Shown: piece after piece, positions 1 through 8,075 of the stretch
How the letters are laid out: every line of letters starts with the position of its first letter
How positions within the stretch are numbered: the first letter of the stretch is position 1
Source of the DNA: Nostoc sp.
GTDB taxonomy: Bacteria > Cyanobacteriota > Cyanobacteriia > Cyanobacteriales > Nostocaceae
Direction of reading: 5' to 3'
DNA: 64,000 nt
NCBI GenBank assembly: GCA_036918135.1
Contig: JBALDB010000069.1
Coordinates: 1 to 64,000, forward strand
Made by a program: the position numbers and the translations under genes
The notes under the pieces: model-generated
Databases searched by the model: none
What the model saw: only the letters and a program-made list of their open reading frames with translations
What the model was told of the DNA's origin: nothing

Positions 1-283
1 CCAATTTAAGTTTTGAGTACCTGCCACACTTGAAGCACGTCCCCTCTAAATGAATTTTTCCAACTTTGAGTTTTGATTTCATTTGCCGGGGATTCGACTT
101 AGATCCTTGTAAGTTCATCGTCGTTCCATTCACTTTGTGCAATTAGCCGCACATAATATGAATATACAAAAGAGGCGGTAATAGGTGAATACAAAGGACG
201 ACATTCAGTCATTCTGGTAAAAGTGAAATGCCCTAATTGTAAGCAGACAGCTTAAGCACCCTTGTAGTTCATGCCACCGACAG

Positions 284-1471
284 CTATTTTGGGAGCAAAG
301 CAACTGGTTGGGCATCAATTCGAGTTCGGAACAGACTGTAAGGTTTCTGGCGCAGGTCTTTTCCTTGATGATATCTGGCTTGACGATGCAGCTGATTAGC
401 TGTGAAGTAAAGATAGCCGTCTTTTGCCACTGAAAGAGTATCCGGCCAAAGAACACGCGGGTCATGAATCAGGGGTTCAATCATCCCCTGCTGATTCCGA
501 CGAAAAATGGCGTTTTGTTCGTAGTTCGTCAGATATATTCGGTTATTCGCATCCGATTCCAGCCCATCAGAACCTCCGCCTTTATCGCCGCCATCTTCAA
601 CTGTTGCTGCAACCTGTGCATCAGTCATCTGTTCATTGGAAAGTGCATCAACGCTAACGCTGTAGAGTTTGCGGCTAGCGAGTGGACAATAAAATAGACG
701 AGAACCGTCTGCACTAATTGCAATGCCATCCGAACCTAACTTAATATAACTGGGGGGTTGGTTAGGTGGTCGGCTCATCAACGGTTGACCTTCAACGCTA
801 GGTAAAAAATTCGGCTCTGCCTTCGTAGAAGGATGGTCATTTAGCCGTCGCCAACTTCTACCACTGGCTAAATCAACCACAACGATCCCATTTGCACCTT
901 TATCAGATGAGTCAGTAATATACGCCATACCTGCTTGCCCCCGGCGCAAGTCAAAGCGGACATCATTCAAATATGTAGTTGGTAAAGCAACTTCTTGAGG
1001 AAAAAGAATAGTCTTAAAGATGCGGTTTTGCTTGAGATCGACACCAACCAGTTTTGGGCCTCCGTAAGAAGTAGGTCTGAATTCGATGCTTCCAGTATCC
1101 AGTATCCAAAGGCGATCTTGTGGATCGACAACAACACTTTGAACAGAAATTAGCGATTTCGACTGTTCGCTACTGTTAAGTCGATTGATTTGGGCATTCG
1201 GGTAGGCTACAGCACGACCATTCTCGATCTCTGCAACTGTAAAATCTACCTTGTCGCCCCAACGTGGAAAGTTAACAAAGATGCGACCGCCCCCTGATAC
1301 AGTCACTCCTGTTGGCATTGGCCCATTGAAGGCAACAACCTGCTCAATATTGCCAATCGGCTTTGCTTGCGGTAAAGCGCCACTTTTTGCCGCAAGCGAG
1401 GGCATATAATAAACTAGTGCGATCGCAAAGCCAACTAACAATCCAAGAAGTACTTTGAGCGCTTTCAACAA
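284..1471 (-). CDS. Major royal jelly protein/yellow family beta-propeller (gluconolactonase-like), probably exported
   Basis: 395 aa with an N-terminal hydrophobic signal-like stretch; motifs PTGVTVS, RIFVNFPRW, SVQSV..D..DRLWILDTG, YLNDVRFD, AYITDS, GSDGI, WPDT. Confidence 0.85.
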   Translation of the reverse strand: MLKALKVLLGLLVGFAIALVYYMPSLAAKSGALPQAKPIGNIEQVVAFNGPMPTGVTVSGGGRIFVNFPRWGDKVDFTVAEIENGRAVAYPNAQINRLNSSEQSKSLISVQSVVVDPQDRLWILDTGSIEFRPTSYGGPKLVGVDLKQNRIFKTILFPQEVALPTTYLNDVRFDLRRGQAGMAYITDSSDKGANGIVVVDLASGRSWRRLNDHPSTKAEPNFLPSVEGQPLMSRPPNQPPSYIKLGSDGIAISADGSRLFYCPLASRKLYSVSVDALSNEQMTDAQVAATVEDGGDKGGGSDGLESDANNRIYLTNYEQNAIFRRNQQGMIEPLIHDPRVLWPDTLSVAKDGYLYFTANQLHRQARYHQGKDLRQKPYSLFRTRIDAQPVALLPK

Positions 1472-1677
1472 CTTTTTGCCTCTAACACCACTTCATTATC
1501 TTAAAAAACCAGTAATTTTTTTGACTCTAGCAAACGACAGATTCAAGTAATTTCTTTTTTTGCCCAATAAAGTAGAGACTTTAGCAAACAATCTCAAGTC
1601 GCTTCTGGAAATTTAAATTAGTTTCCATTAAATTCTTCTCTATCTGCACACACACCTATGCAAAATCTAGCATTTTT

Positions 1678-1691
1678 TGCACACCTGTGCA
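1678..1691. promoter_or_regulatory. Possible second LacI-type operator
   Basis: TGCACACCTGTGCA matches the palindrome core at 3081-3094 (TGCACACGTTTGCA) at 12/14; lies about 200 bp upstream of the MRJP gene. Confidence 0.4.
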
Positions 1692-1753
1692 GAAATATGT
1701 TAAGTTTTTTATCTAATTACGCAAGCGTGCATTTAACCTTCAACTAACATTCT

Positions 1754-2110
1754 TTACTCTAGTAAATAAATTTTTTGCAATGGATGCTTAAGAATCTCAA
1801 TTTTTTGCTCTGGATACTTGACAATATCGCATAACTCCTGCAACTGATTGATTGCTTCTGCGCCCTCTAACTTCATTAATTCGCGGTCATCCCAGATTTC
1901 CATCCAAGTAATACCGTAATCAGACACCAAAAACCGAATCAGGTGCTTTTCTCCTAGACTTACCATAAATGAAGCACTCTTGACTTGGTCGCCGCATGTA
2001 TAACAAGACGTAAGATACCCACGCTGCTCAAGTACAGTTGATAAAGCTTGCAAGCTAATTACCAAGTCCTGTACGACTTCCTGATATTGTTGGGCTAATC
2101 TGAGAAACAC
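1754..2110 (-). CDS. DUF1815 family protein
   Basis: MFLRLA...SCYTC...SASFMVSLG...IRFLVSDYGITW...RELMKLEGAEAI..LQEL resembles the cyanobacterial DUF1815 pattern; GTG start with AGGAGG RBS. Confidence 0.8.
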   Translation of the reverse strand: MFLRLAQQYQEVVQDLVISLQALSTVLEQRGYLTSCYTCGDQVKSASFMVSLGEKHLIRFLVSDYGITWMEIWDDRELMKLEGAEAINQLQELCDIVKYPEQKIEILKHPLQKIYLLE

Positions 2111-2256
2111 TAGTTTCCTCCTATCACTACAGTAATGCGATCGCTCTATATTTGTTTTAGATGAGTTTTCGCACAGATACCATTAATCTTGTTTATGTAG
2201 ATATAACCTAAGATTATGTTTAGTTTGAGGTGTCTAAGGGAATACACCCACAGATG

Positions 2257-2781
2257 CTAAATTCCTAAAGCTGTTCTGATGTTTTGGACAATTACCTGGG
2301 GTGTCTCGATAACATTTATATATAGAGTGTCTAATGGTTCTTCTAAAGTAATAAACTGGCTATTAAGGAGTTTTTCGCTCATATAGTGATTATGACGCTC
2401 TTGCAAGCGCTTTTGAATTAACTCATAAGACCCTTTGAGATAAACTAGCTTGATGCGTTCGCGCTTGGCGTTGGCGAAGCCATCGCTATCCACAACCAGA
2501 AATTGCCGATAGCTTTCTTTGAGAGCCGAACATGCCAGCACCACATTTTTATTTTCTTGTAGCCAGTTCTTAATAGCTGTTTGCAAATCTTGTAACCAAG
2601 GTATTCTGTCTGCTTCACTCAGAGGAATACCGCGCCGCATTTTATCGATATTCTCTAGCGAGTGAAAAGCATCGGCGTCGCTAAATTGCCAATCTAAAGA
2701 ATCTGCTAGCAGTTTTCCTATGGTAGTTTTGCCAGCTCCAGAAACACCCATAATGATGATAATCATTGATTTATTTATCAT
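2257..2781 (-). CDS. gntK: Gluconokinase (GntK/IdnK type)
   Basis: MGVSGAGKTT P-loop, DADAFH, GIPLSEADRIPWL, VLACSALK, LNSQF..LEEP; start may be the second Met (MIIIIMG). Confidence 0.92.
   Translation of the reverse strand: MINKSMIIIIMGVSGAGKTTIGKLLADSLDWQFSDADAFHSLENIDKMRRGIPLSEADRIPWLQDLQTAIKNWLQENKNVVLACSALKESYRQFLVVDSDGFANAKRERIKLVYLKGSYELIQKRLQERHNHYMSEKLLNSQFITLEEPLDTLYINVIETPQVIVQNIRTALGI
2458..2481. repeat. 24-nt small dispersed repeat inserted in frame into a HIP1 site within gntK
   Basis: GCG(2455-2457) + TTCGCGCTTGGCGTTGGCGAAGCC + ATCGC(2482-2486); removing the 24 nt restores GCGATCGC and the peptide DSDRIKL. Confidence 0.8.
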
Positions 2782-3040
2782 AGTTTGGCAAAAAAAGTTA
2801 AGTTATATCAAGTCTAGCTAATTACTTATTATTAAAATCTCTCCCCATTCGCTTAGATTATAAGTCTTTTACCCAAAATGATATTGAGTGCGATCGCCAC
2901 CATCGGCACCTGCCTCAGGAATAATAAAGTAAGTCAAGCAGAATATTTATTTTTGAAACAACAAAGTTTTAGTTAACTTTACTTTTTATTACACTTGGCA
3001 TTTGACCTAAGTTTTGTGCTTTGTAAATAGAGTAAATACA

Positions 3041-3069
3041 TTGACAGATGACTCAACTTTGCTAATAAT
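3041..3069 (+). promoter_or_regulatory. Sigma70-type promoter for the lacI-uxaC cluster
   Basis: TTGACA (3041-3046), 17-bp spacer, AATAAT (3064-3069). Confidence 0.6.
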
Positions 3070-3078
3070 TAAAATTAT

Positions 3079-3096
3079 AATGCACACGTTTGCATT
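3079..3096. promoter_or_regulatory. LacI-family operator palindrome
   Basis: AATGCACACGTTTGCATT, a near-perfect palindrome with central CG, just downstream of the predicted -10 and upstream of the LacI gene. Confidence 0.7.
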
Positions 3097-3111
3097 GTTT
3101 GTAGTAAGATT

Positions 3112-4152
3112 ATGAAGAAACGAAAAGTTTCAATCGAAGATATTGCTCGCCGAGCAGGTGTTTCCCATTCCACAGTTTCACGTGCTTTGCGAGATAACTC
3201 TCTAATTAGCCCGAAGGTGCGAGAGGAAATTAAGAAAATAGCGCGGGAGATGAACTATGTGCCGAACGCGATCGCTCAAAGTTTGCTTTCTTCACGCACT
3301 AATACCATTGGGGTAGTAGTGACATCAATCGCAGATCCTTTTTACGCTGAGGTGGTAGAGGGAATTGAACAGGTAGCGAGAACAGCTGGTTTGAGTGTTT
3401 TGTTAACTGCTTCACACCGAGATTTCCAGCAGGAAATAGCAGCTATTGATAATTTTCATCGTCGCAGAGTGGACGGAATATTAGTTACCGACTCGCGAAT
3501 TAATAAAAATAATAGCGACCAAGTAGGGCAAATTACCGTGCCAACAGTTTTGATTAATAGTCAGACACAAGAGCAACCTGAAACATTTCATACAGTCACA
3601 GTGGACGACTTTTTAGGTGGTCGATTGGCGGTAGAGCATCTGATCGGTTTGGGACATAGGGCTATTGGTTATTTGGGTGTAGGCGATCGCAGTAACTCAA
3701 ACCAGCTGCGCTTAGAAGGATATCAGATAGCTCTTAAGGAAGCTGGTTTATCACAAAACAGTGATTGGGTAGCAATTAGCGATGAAGACATTATCAGAAT
3801 CAGCGATGTTGATACCGGAAAAAAGCTGCTATCTCAACTATTTACAGCAGGTGTAACAGGCATCTTTTGTTACAACGATATGGTAGCAGTTGGCGCGCTC
3901 TTAGCTTCTCATGAACTAGGTATTTCAGTACCACAAGATTTAAGTTTGGTTGGATTTGACGGTATTGCTCTTTCGGGTTACGTTACGCCGCCACTGACAA
4001 CAGTTTGCCAACCAATGTTGGAAATTGGTCGCTCAGCTATGCAAATATTACTCGATTTACTAGAGGAAAAAAGCGTGGAAAACCTCGTTCTATCACCTTT
4101 TCTAGTAAAGCGAGATAGTAGTGCCAGGTTTGGGCAAGGGAGTGGGGGATGA
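3112..4152 (+). CDS. LacI family transcriptional regulator
   Basis: SIEDIARRAGVSHSTVSRAL HTH, YVPNAIAQSL hinge, periplasmic-binding-fold C-terminus (FCYND, VGFDG, PPLTTV). Confidence 0.95.
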   Translation: MKKRKVSIEDIARRAGVSHSTVSRALRDNSLISPKVREEIKKIAREMNYVPNAIAQSLLSSRTNTIGVVVTSIADPFYAEVVEGIEQVARTAGLSVLLTASHRDFQQEIAAIDNFHRRRVDGILVTDSRINKNNSDQVGQITVPTVLINSQTQEQPETFHTVTVDDFLGGRLAVEHLIGLGHRAIGYLGVGDRSNSNQLRLEGYQIALKEAGLSQNSDWVAISDEDIIRISDVDTGKKLLSQLFTAGVTGIFCYNDMVAVGALLASHELGISVPQDLSLVGFDGIALSGYVTPPLTTVCQPMLEIGRSAMQILLDLLEEKSVENLVLSPFLVKRDSSARFGQGSGG

Positions 4153-4228
4153 GGGAAATGGGGCTTCAGGTGTAGAGGGGAACAATTAATAATTGATGAC
4201 AAATGACCAATGACTTTAGACAAAAACT

Positions 4229-5650
4229 ATGTTAACTAAAAAATGGAGTTTATCTAGCGATCGCTGCTTTGCTCCAGAACCAATTCAAAGACAACTAGCG
4301 CGTCAATTTTTTGAGAGCGTATCTACTCTAGCGTTGGTCTGTCCCCACGGACACGTAGACCCAGCTTTATTAGCCCATCCAGGGGCGCGTTTTGGTTCGC
4401 CAACTGAATTATTTATTATTCCCGACCACTATATTTTCCGGATGCTCTATAGTCGGGGTGTACCTTTGTCAGCTTTAGGCATACCTAGCCGTGATGGTTC
4501 GCCAGTCGAAACTGACCACCGCAAAATCTGGCAGCTTTTCGCCGACCATTTTTATTTATTCCAAGGTACTCCGTCTGGGTTGTGGCTGAAAGACGAACTT
4601 ACTAATGTCTTTGGGGTAGATGAGCCTTTAAATTCTCGCAATGCCGGACATATCTATGATTACCTGGAAAAGCTGTTATTGTTACCTGAGTTTTCACCTC
4701 GTGCTTTATTCAAAAAGTTTAATATTGAAGTGCTTTGTACTACCGATGCGGCCAGCGATACTCTTGAGTACCATCAATCCCTACATCAAAAACGTTTTAC
4801 TCAGATCAAACCTACCTTTCGGCCAGATGCAGTAGTCAACTTGGATACTCCTGGTTGGCGGGAGAATCTAACCAAGCTAGAAAGCACTGTTGGGCGAGAA
4901 ATTAGCACTTACACTACTTTTGTGGAAACTCTAGAAGAACGTCGAGCTTTTTTTAAACAAATGGGTGCGACAGCTACCGACCATAGTGGAGCTACACCTT
5001 ATACCAAACGCCTTACCGACCAGGAAGCAGAAGCAATCTTTGCTAGAGCATTAACCAACAAACTAAATCCAGGCGATGCAGAGCGTTTTACTGGCCACAT
5101 GTTCATGGAAATGGCTCGGATGAGTCTAGAAGATGGTTTGGTGATGCAAATGCATTGCGGTATTATGCGTAATCATAATTCGGCTGTCTTTGAGCAGTTT
5201 GGGTCTGATAAAGGTGCTGATATTCCTTTGAAAATAGAGTGGACGGAAAATTTGCAGCCGTTATTGGTAGAGTACGGTAATCATAAGGACTTTCACTTAA
5301 TTCTGTTTGGATTGGATGAAAGCACTTATAGCCGCGAACTAGCTCCCTTAGCCGGTCATTATCCCGCAGTCCTGCTGGGGCCGCCTTGGTGGTTTCACGA
5401 CAGCATCAATGGTATGGAGCGATATTTCAATCAGGTGATGGAAACAGCCGGACTTTATAACACCGCCGGTTTTAACGATGATACCCGCGCTTTCGTTTCT
5501 ATTCCTGCGCGCCATACAGTCTGGCGACGCGTAGCTTGTAACTGGTTAGCGGGACTGGTAATACGCGGGTTAATTGAGGAAGAAGAAGGTTATGAAATGG
5601 CTTTTGCTTTAGTTTATGACCTCGCTAAGCTTGCTTACAAATTAGACTAA
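4229..5650 (+). CDS. uxaC: Glucuronate (uronate) isomerase
   Basis: CPHGHVDP, PDHYIFRMLYS.G, PTFRPD, TATDH, MQMHCG, ELAPLAGHYP, GPPWWFHDS, GFNDDTRAF.SIPARH. Confidence 0.95.
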   Translation: MLTKKWSLSSDRCFAPEPIQRQLARQFFESVSTLALVCPHGHVDPALLAHPGARFGSPTELFIIPDHYIFRMLYSRGVPLSALGIPSRDGSPVETDHRKIWQLFADHFYLFQGTPSGLWLKDELTNVFGVDEPLNSRNAGHIYDYLEKLLLLPEFSPRALFKKFNIEVLCTTDAASDTLEYHQSLHQKRFTQIKPTFRPDAVVNLDTPGWRENLTKLESTVGREISTYTTFVETLEERRAFFKQMGATATDHSGATPYTKRLTDQEAEAIFARALTNKLNPGDAERFTGHMFMEMARMSLEDGLVMQMHCGIMRNHNSAVFEQFGSDKGADIPLKIEWTENLQPLLVEYGNHKDFHLILFGLDESTYSRELAPLAGHYPAVLLGPPWWFHDSINGMERYFNQVMETAGLYNTAGFNDDTRAFVSIPARHTVWRRVACNWLAGLVIRGLIEEEEGYEMAFALVYDLAKLAYKLD

Positions 5651-5833
5651 TAAATTTTGAATTTAAGATTTTAGAGCAAAAATTGTTGCCTAGAATCCAG
5701 ACTTTTTAAAGAAGTTAGGGTACAAAATCTAGCAATTTAATAAACGTTATGCCAAAAGCAATCGCTCACGGTCGATGAAATCAAAATCATGGATTAACGA
5801 AGTAACGCACCTACCTAAATAGAGGAATTATCA

Positions 5834-6688
5834 ATGCCAGACTTATTGAATAAACCAGATTTAATTTTAAATCAACTTTTTAGCTTGAAAGACCAGGTAG
5901 CAGTAATCACAGGCGGTTCTGGTGTGCTAGGTGGAGCGATGGCGCGGGGTTTGGCGCTTGCAGGAGCGCGAGTAGTCGTTATTGGTCGCAATCAAGCACG
6001 AGCGGATACGGTTGTGGCTGATATTAGCACCAACGGTGGCGAAAGTATGGCTGTATTGGCAGATGTTGGCGATCGCTTGCAATTAGAAATAGCTAAACAC
6101 ACTATTTTAAAGCATTGGGGTCAGATAGATATCTTAGTGAACGCCGCTGGTGGTAATATGCCAGCGGCCACAATTACTGCGGATCGTAGTTTTTTCGATC
6201 TGCCTCACGCAGCATTCGAGCAAGTAGTTAGCCTCAATTTGGTGGGAACTCTACTACCTAGCCAAGTTTTTGGTCAAGCAATGGTCGAAAGAAATCAACC
6301 CCAAGGTTGTATTGTGAATATTTCTTCGATGTCTGCTATCCGTGCAATCAGTCGGGTGGTTGGTTACTCAGCGGCCAAAGCAGCGATAGATAACTTTACT
6401 CGTTGGCTAGCTGTAGAACTGGCTCAAAAATATGGAGCCAAGTTGCGAGTCAATGCGATCGCCCCAGGTTTTTTTATTGGCGAACAAAATCGAGATTTAC
6501 TTTTAAATGCAGATGGAAGTTTAAGCGATCGCGGACAAAAAATTATTAATCAGACCCCAGCTGGACGTTTTGGAGAACCGCACGAATTACTCAGTACCTT
6601 GATTTGGCTATGTAGTTCTGGTTCTAGTTTCGTCAACGGGGTAGTTGTGCCGATTGACGGTGGGTTTAGCATCTACAGCGGAGTTTAG
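5834..6688 (+). CDS. SDR oxidoreductase, likely D-mannonate oxidoreductase (fructuronate reductase, UxuB-like)
   Basis: TGGSGVLG, NAAGGN, NISSM, YSAAK, RVNAIAPGFF.GEQNR.LL as in SDR-type mannonate oxidoreductases; adjacent to uxaC. Confidence 0.8.
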   Translation: MPDLLNKPDLILNQLFSLKDQVAVITGGSGVLGGAMARGLALAGARVVVIGRNQARADTVVADISTNGGESMAVLADVGDRLQLEIAKHTILKHWGQIDILVNAAGGNMPAATITADRSFFDLPHAAFEQVVSLNLVGTLLPSQVFGQAMVERNQPQGCIVNISSMSAIRAISRVVGYSAAKAAIDNFTRWLAVELAQKYGAKLRVNAIAPGFFIGEQNRDLLLNADGSLSDRGQKIINQTPAGRFGEPHELLSTLIWLCSSGSSFVNGVVVPIDGGFSIYSGV

Positions 6689-6690
6689 AA

Positions 6691-7950
6691 ATGTATTTAT
6701 TAGCCGTAACTAATAATGGCAGGCTTGCAGATGAGGAAGTTTCCCAACTAGTTCGTCAAGCTTTGGCAGATTCTAGCTTTGATGGACAGCGCATTTTAGT
6801 ATTAATTCCAGATGCAACCCGCACTGCTCCCATCCCGCAAATGTTTCGATTGCTTCATCGGGAGTTAAATAACAGGGTTGCTGCACTGGATTTTTTGATT
6901 GCTCTGGGTACACATAATCCCATGAGTGAGGAACAAATCAACCGTTTAGTTGGAGTAACACCAAAGGAGCGAGAGACAACTTTTAAAGGAGTTCACATCT
7001 TTAATCACCTTTGGCATCTTCCAGAAACTTTTATTTCTTGTGGAGTAATTTCGGCTGCGGAAATAGCAGAAATTAGCGGTGGAATGCTGCGTCAGGAAGT
7101 TAACGTGCGTGTGAATAAATTGGTAACAGAATATGATTTAATAATTATTTGTAGCCCAGTCTTTCCCCACGAAGTTGTTGGTTTTTCTGGGGGAAATAAA
7201 TATTTTTTTCCCGGTATTAGCGGTGAGGAAGTGATTAATTTATCACACTGGTTAGGTGCTTTAATTACCTGTTATGAAATTATTGGTACGCTGGGAATCA
7301 CACCAGTTCGACGCTTAATCGACCGAGCCGCTAGTTTAATTCCTACCCCAAAACTTTGCTTGGCAATGGTGGTTGCACCGAAAACGAATCAGTTAGCTGG
7401 ACTTTATATAGATAAACCAGAGTTAGCATGGGAAGCGGCGGCAAAATTATCAGCTAAACTGCATATTAAATATGTAGATCGGCCTTTTAACCAAGTGCTT
7501 TCAGTCATGCCCGAAATGTATGATGACATTTGGACAGCTGCTAAAGGAATGTACAAACTAGAGCCTGTAGTAGCAGATGGAGGAGAAGTAATTATTTATG
7601 CACCTCATATTACTGAATTTAGCTATACACACGGCAAGATATTAGCGGAAATTGGTTATCATGTGCGAGATTATTTTCTGAAACAATGGGATAAATTCCA
7701 AGCATATCCTGCGGGAGTGTTGGCCCATAGTACTCACTTGAAAGGGATGGGTACTTTCGATCCTATAGAAGGGGAAAAAGCCCGGATTCGTGTGACTTTA
7801 GCTACTGGTATTTCTCCAGAACGTTGTGCTGCTCATAACTTGAACTACCGCAATCCGGCTACGATTCAACTAACAGAATGGTCTTATCGGGAGCATGAAG
7901 GGATTTTGCTTGTACCCAAGGCGGGCGAGATACTTTACCGGATAAAATAA
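6691..7950 (+). CDS. LarA (lactate racemase) superfamily 2-hydroxyacid racemase/epimerase
   Basis: IPDATR, ALGTH, FPHEVVGFSGGNK, LSHWL, WTAAKG motifs correspond to the LarA catalytic/cofactor residues; starts 2 nt after the SDR stop. Confidence 0.85.
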   Translation: MYLLAVTNNGRLADEEVSQLVRQALADSSFDGQRILVLIPDATRTAPIPQMFRLLHRELNNRVAALDFLIALGTHNPMSEEQINRLVGVTPKERETTFKGVHIFNHLWHLPETFISCGVISAAEIAEISGGMLRQEVNVRVNKLVTEYDLIIICSPVFPHEVVGFSGGNKYFFPGISGEEVINLSHWLGALITCYEIIGTLGITPVRRLIDRAASLIPTPKLCLAMVVAPKTNQLAGLYIDKPELAWEAAAKLSAKLHIKYVDRPFNQVLSVMPEMYDDIWTAAKGMYKLEPVVADGGEVIIYAPHITEFSYTHGKILAEIGYHVRDYFLKQWDKFQAYPAGVLAHSTHLKGMGTFDPIEGEKARIRVTLATGISPERCAAHNLNYRNPATIQLTEWSYREHEGILLVPKAGEILYRIK

Positions 7951-8075
7951 TTATGTTTTAAATAGCTTTTTGTAGCGATGCCGCCAAGCACCCACTTTAG
8001 GTCTTCTGAAAGTGAGTTGCAGTACTCGTTTGGGAACACTAAATCTACAAACTATCAAGATTTAGTCCTAGAATT

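Noticed and set aside
1..118. Open minus-strand frame MNLQGSK...CFKCG running off the left edge
   Set aside because: Only 39 codons visible, no family recognised; cannot be supported
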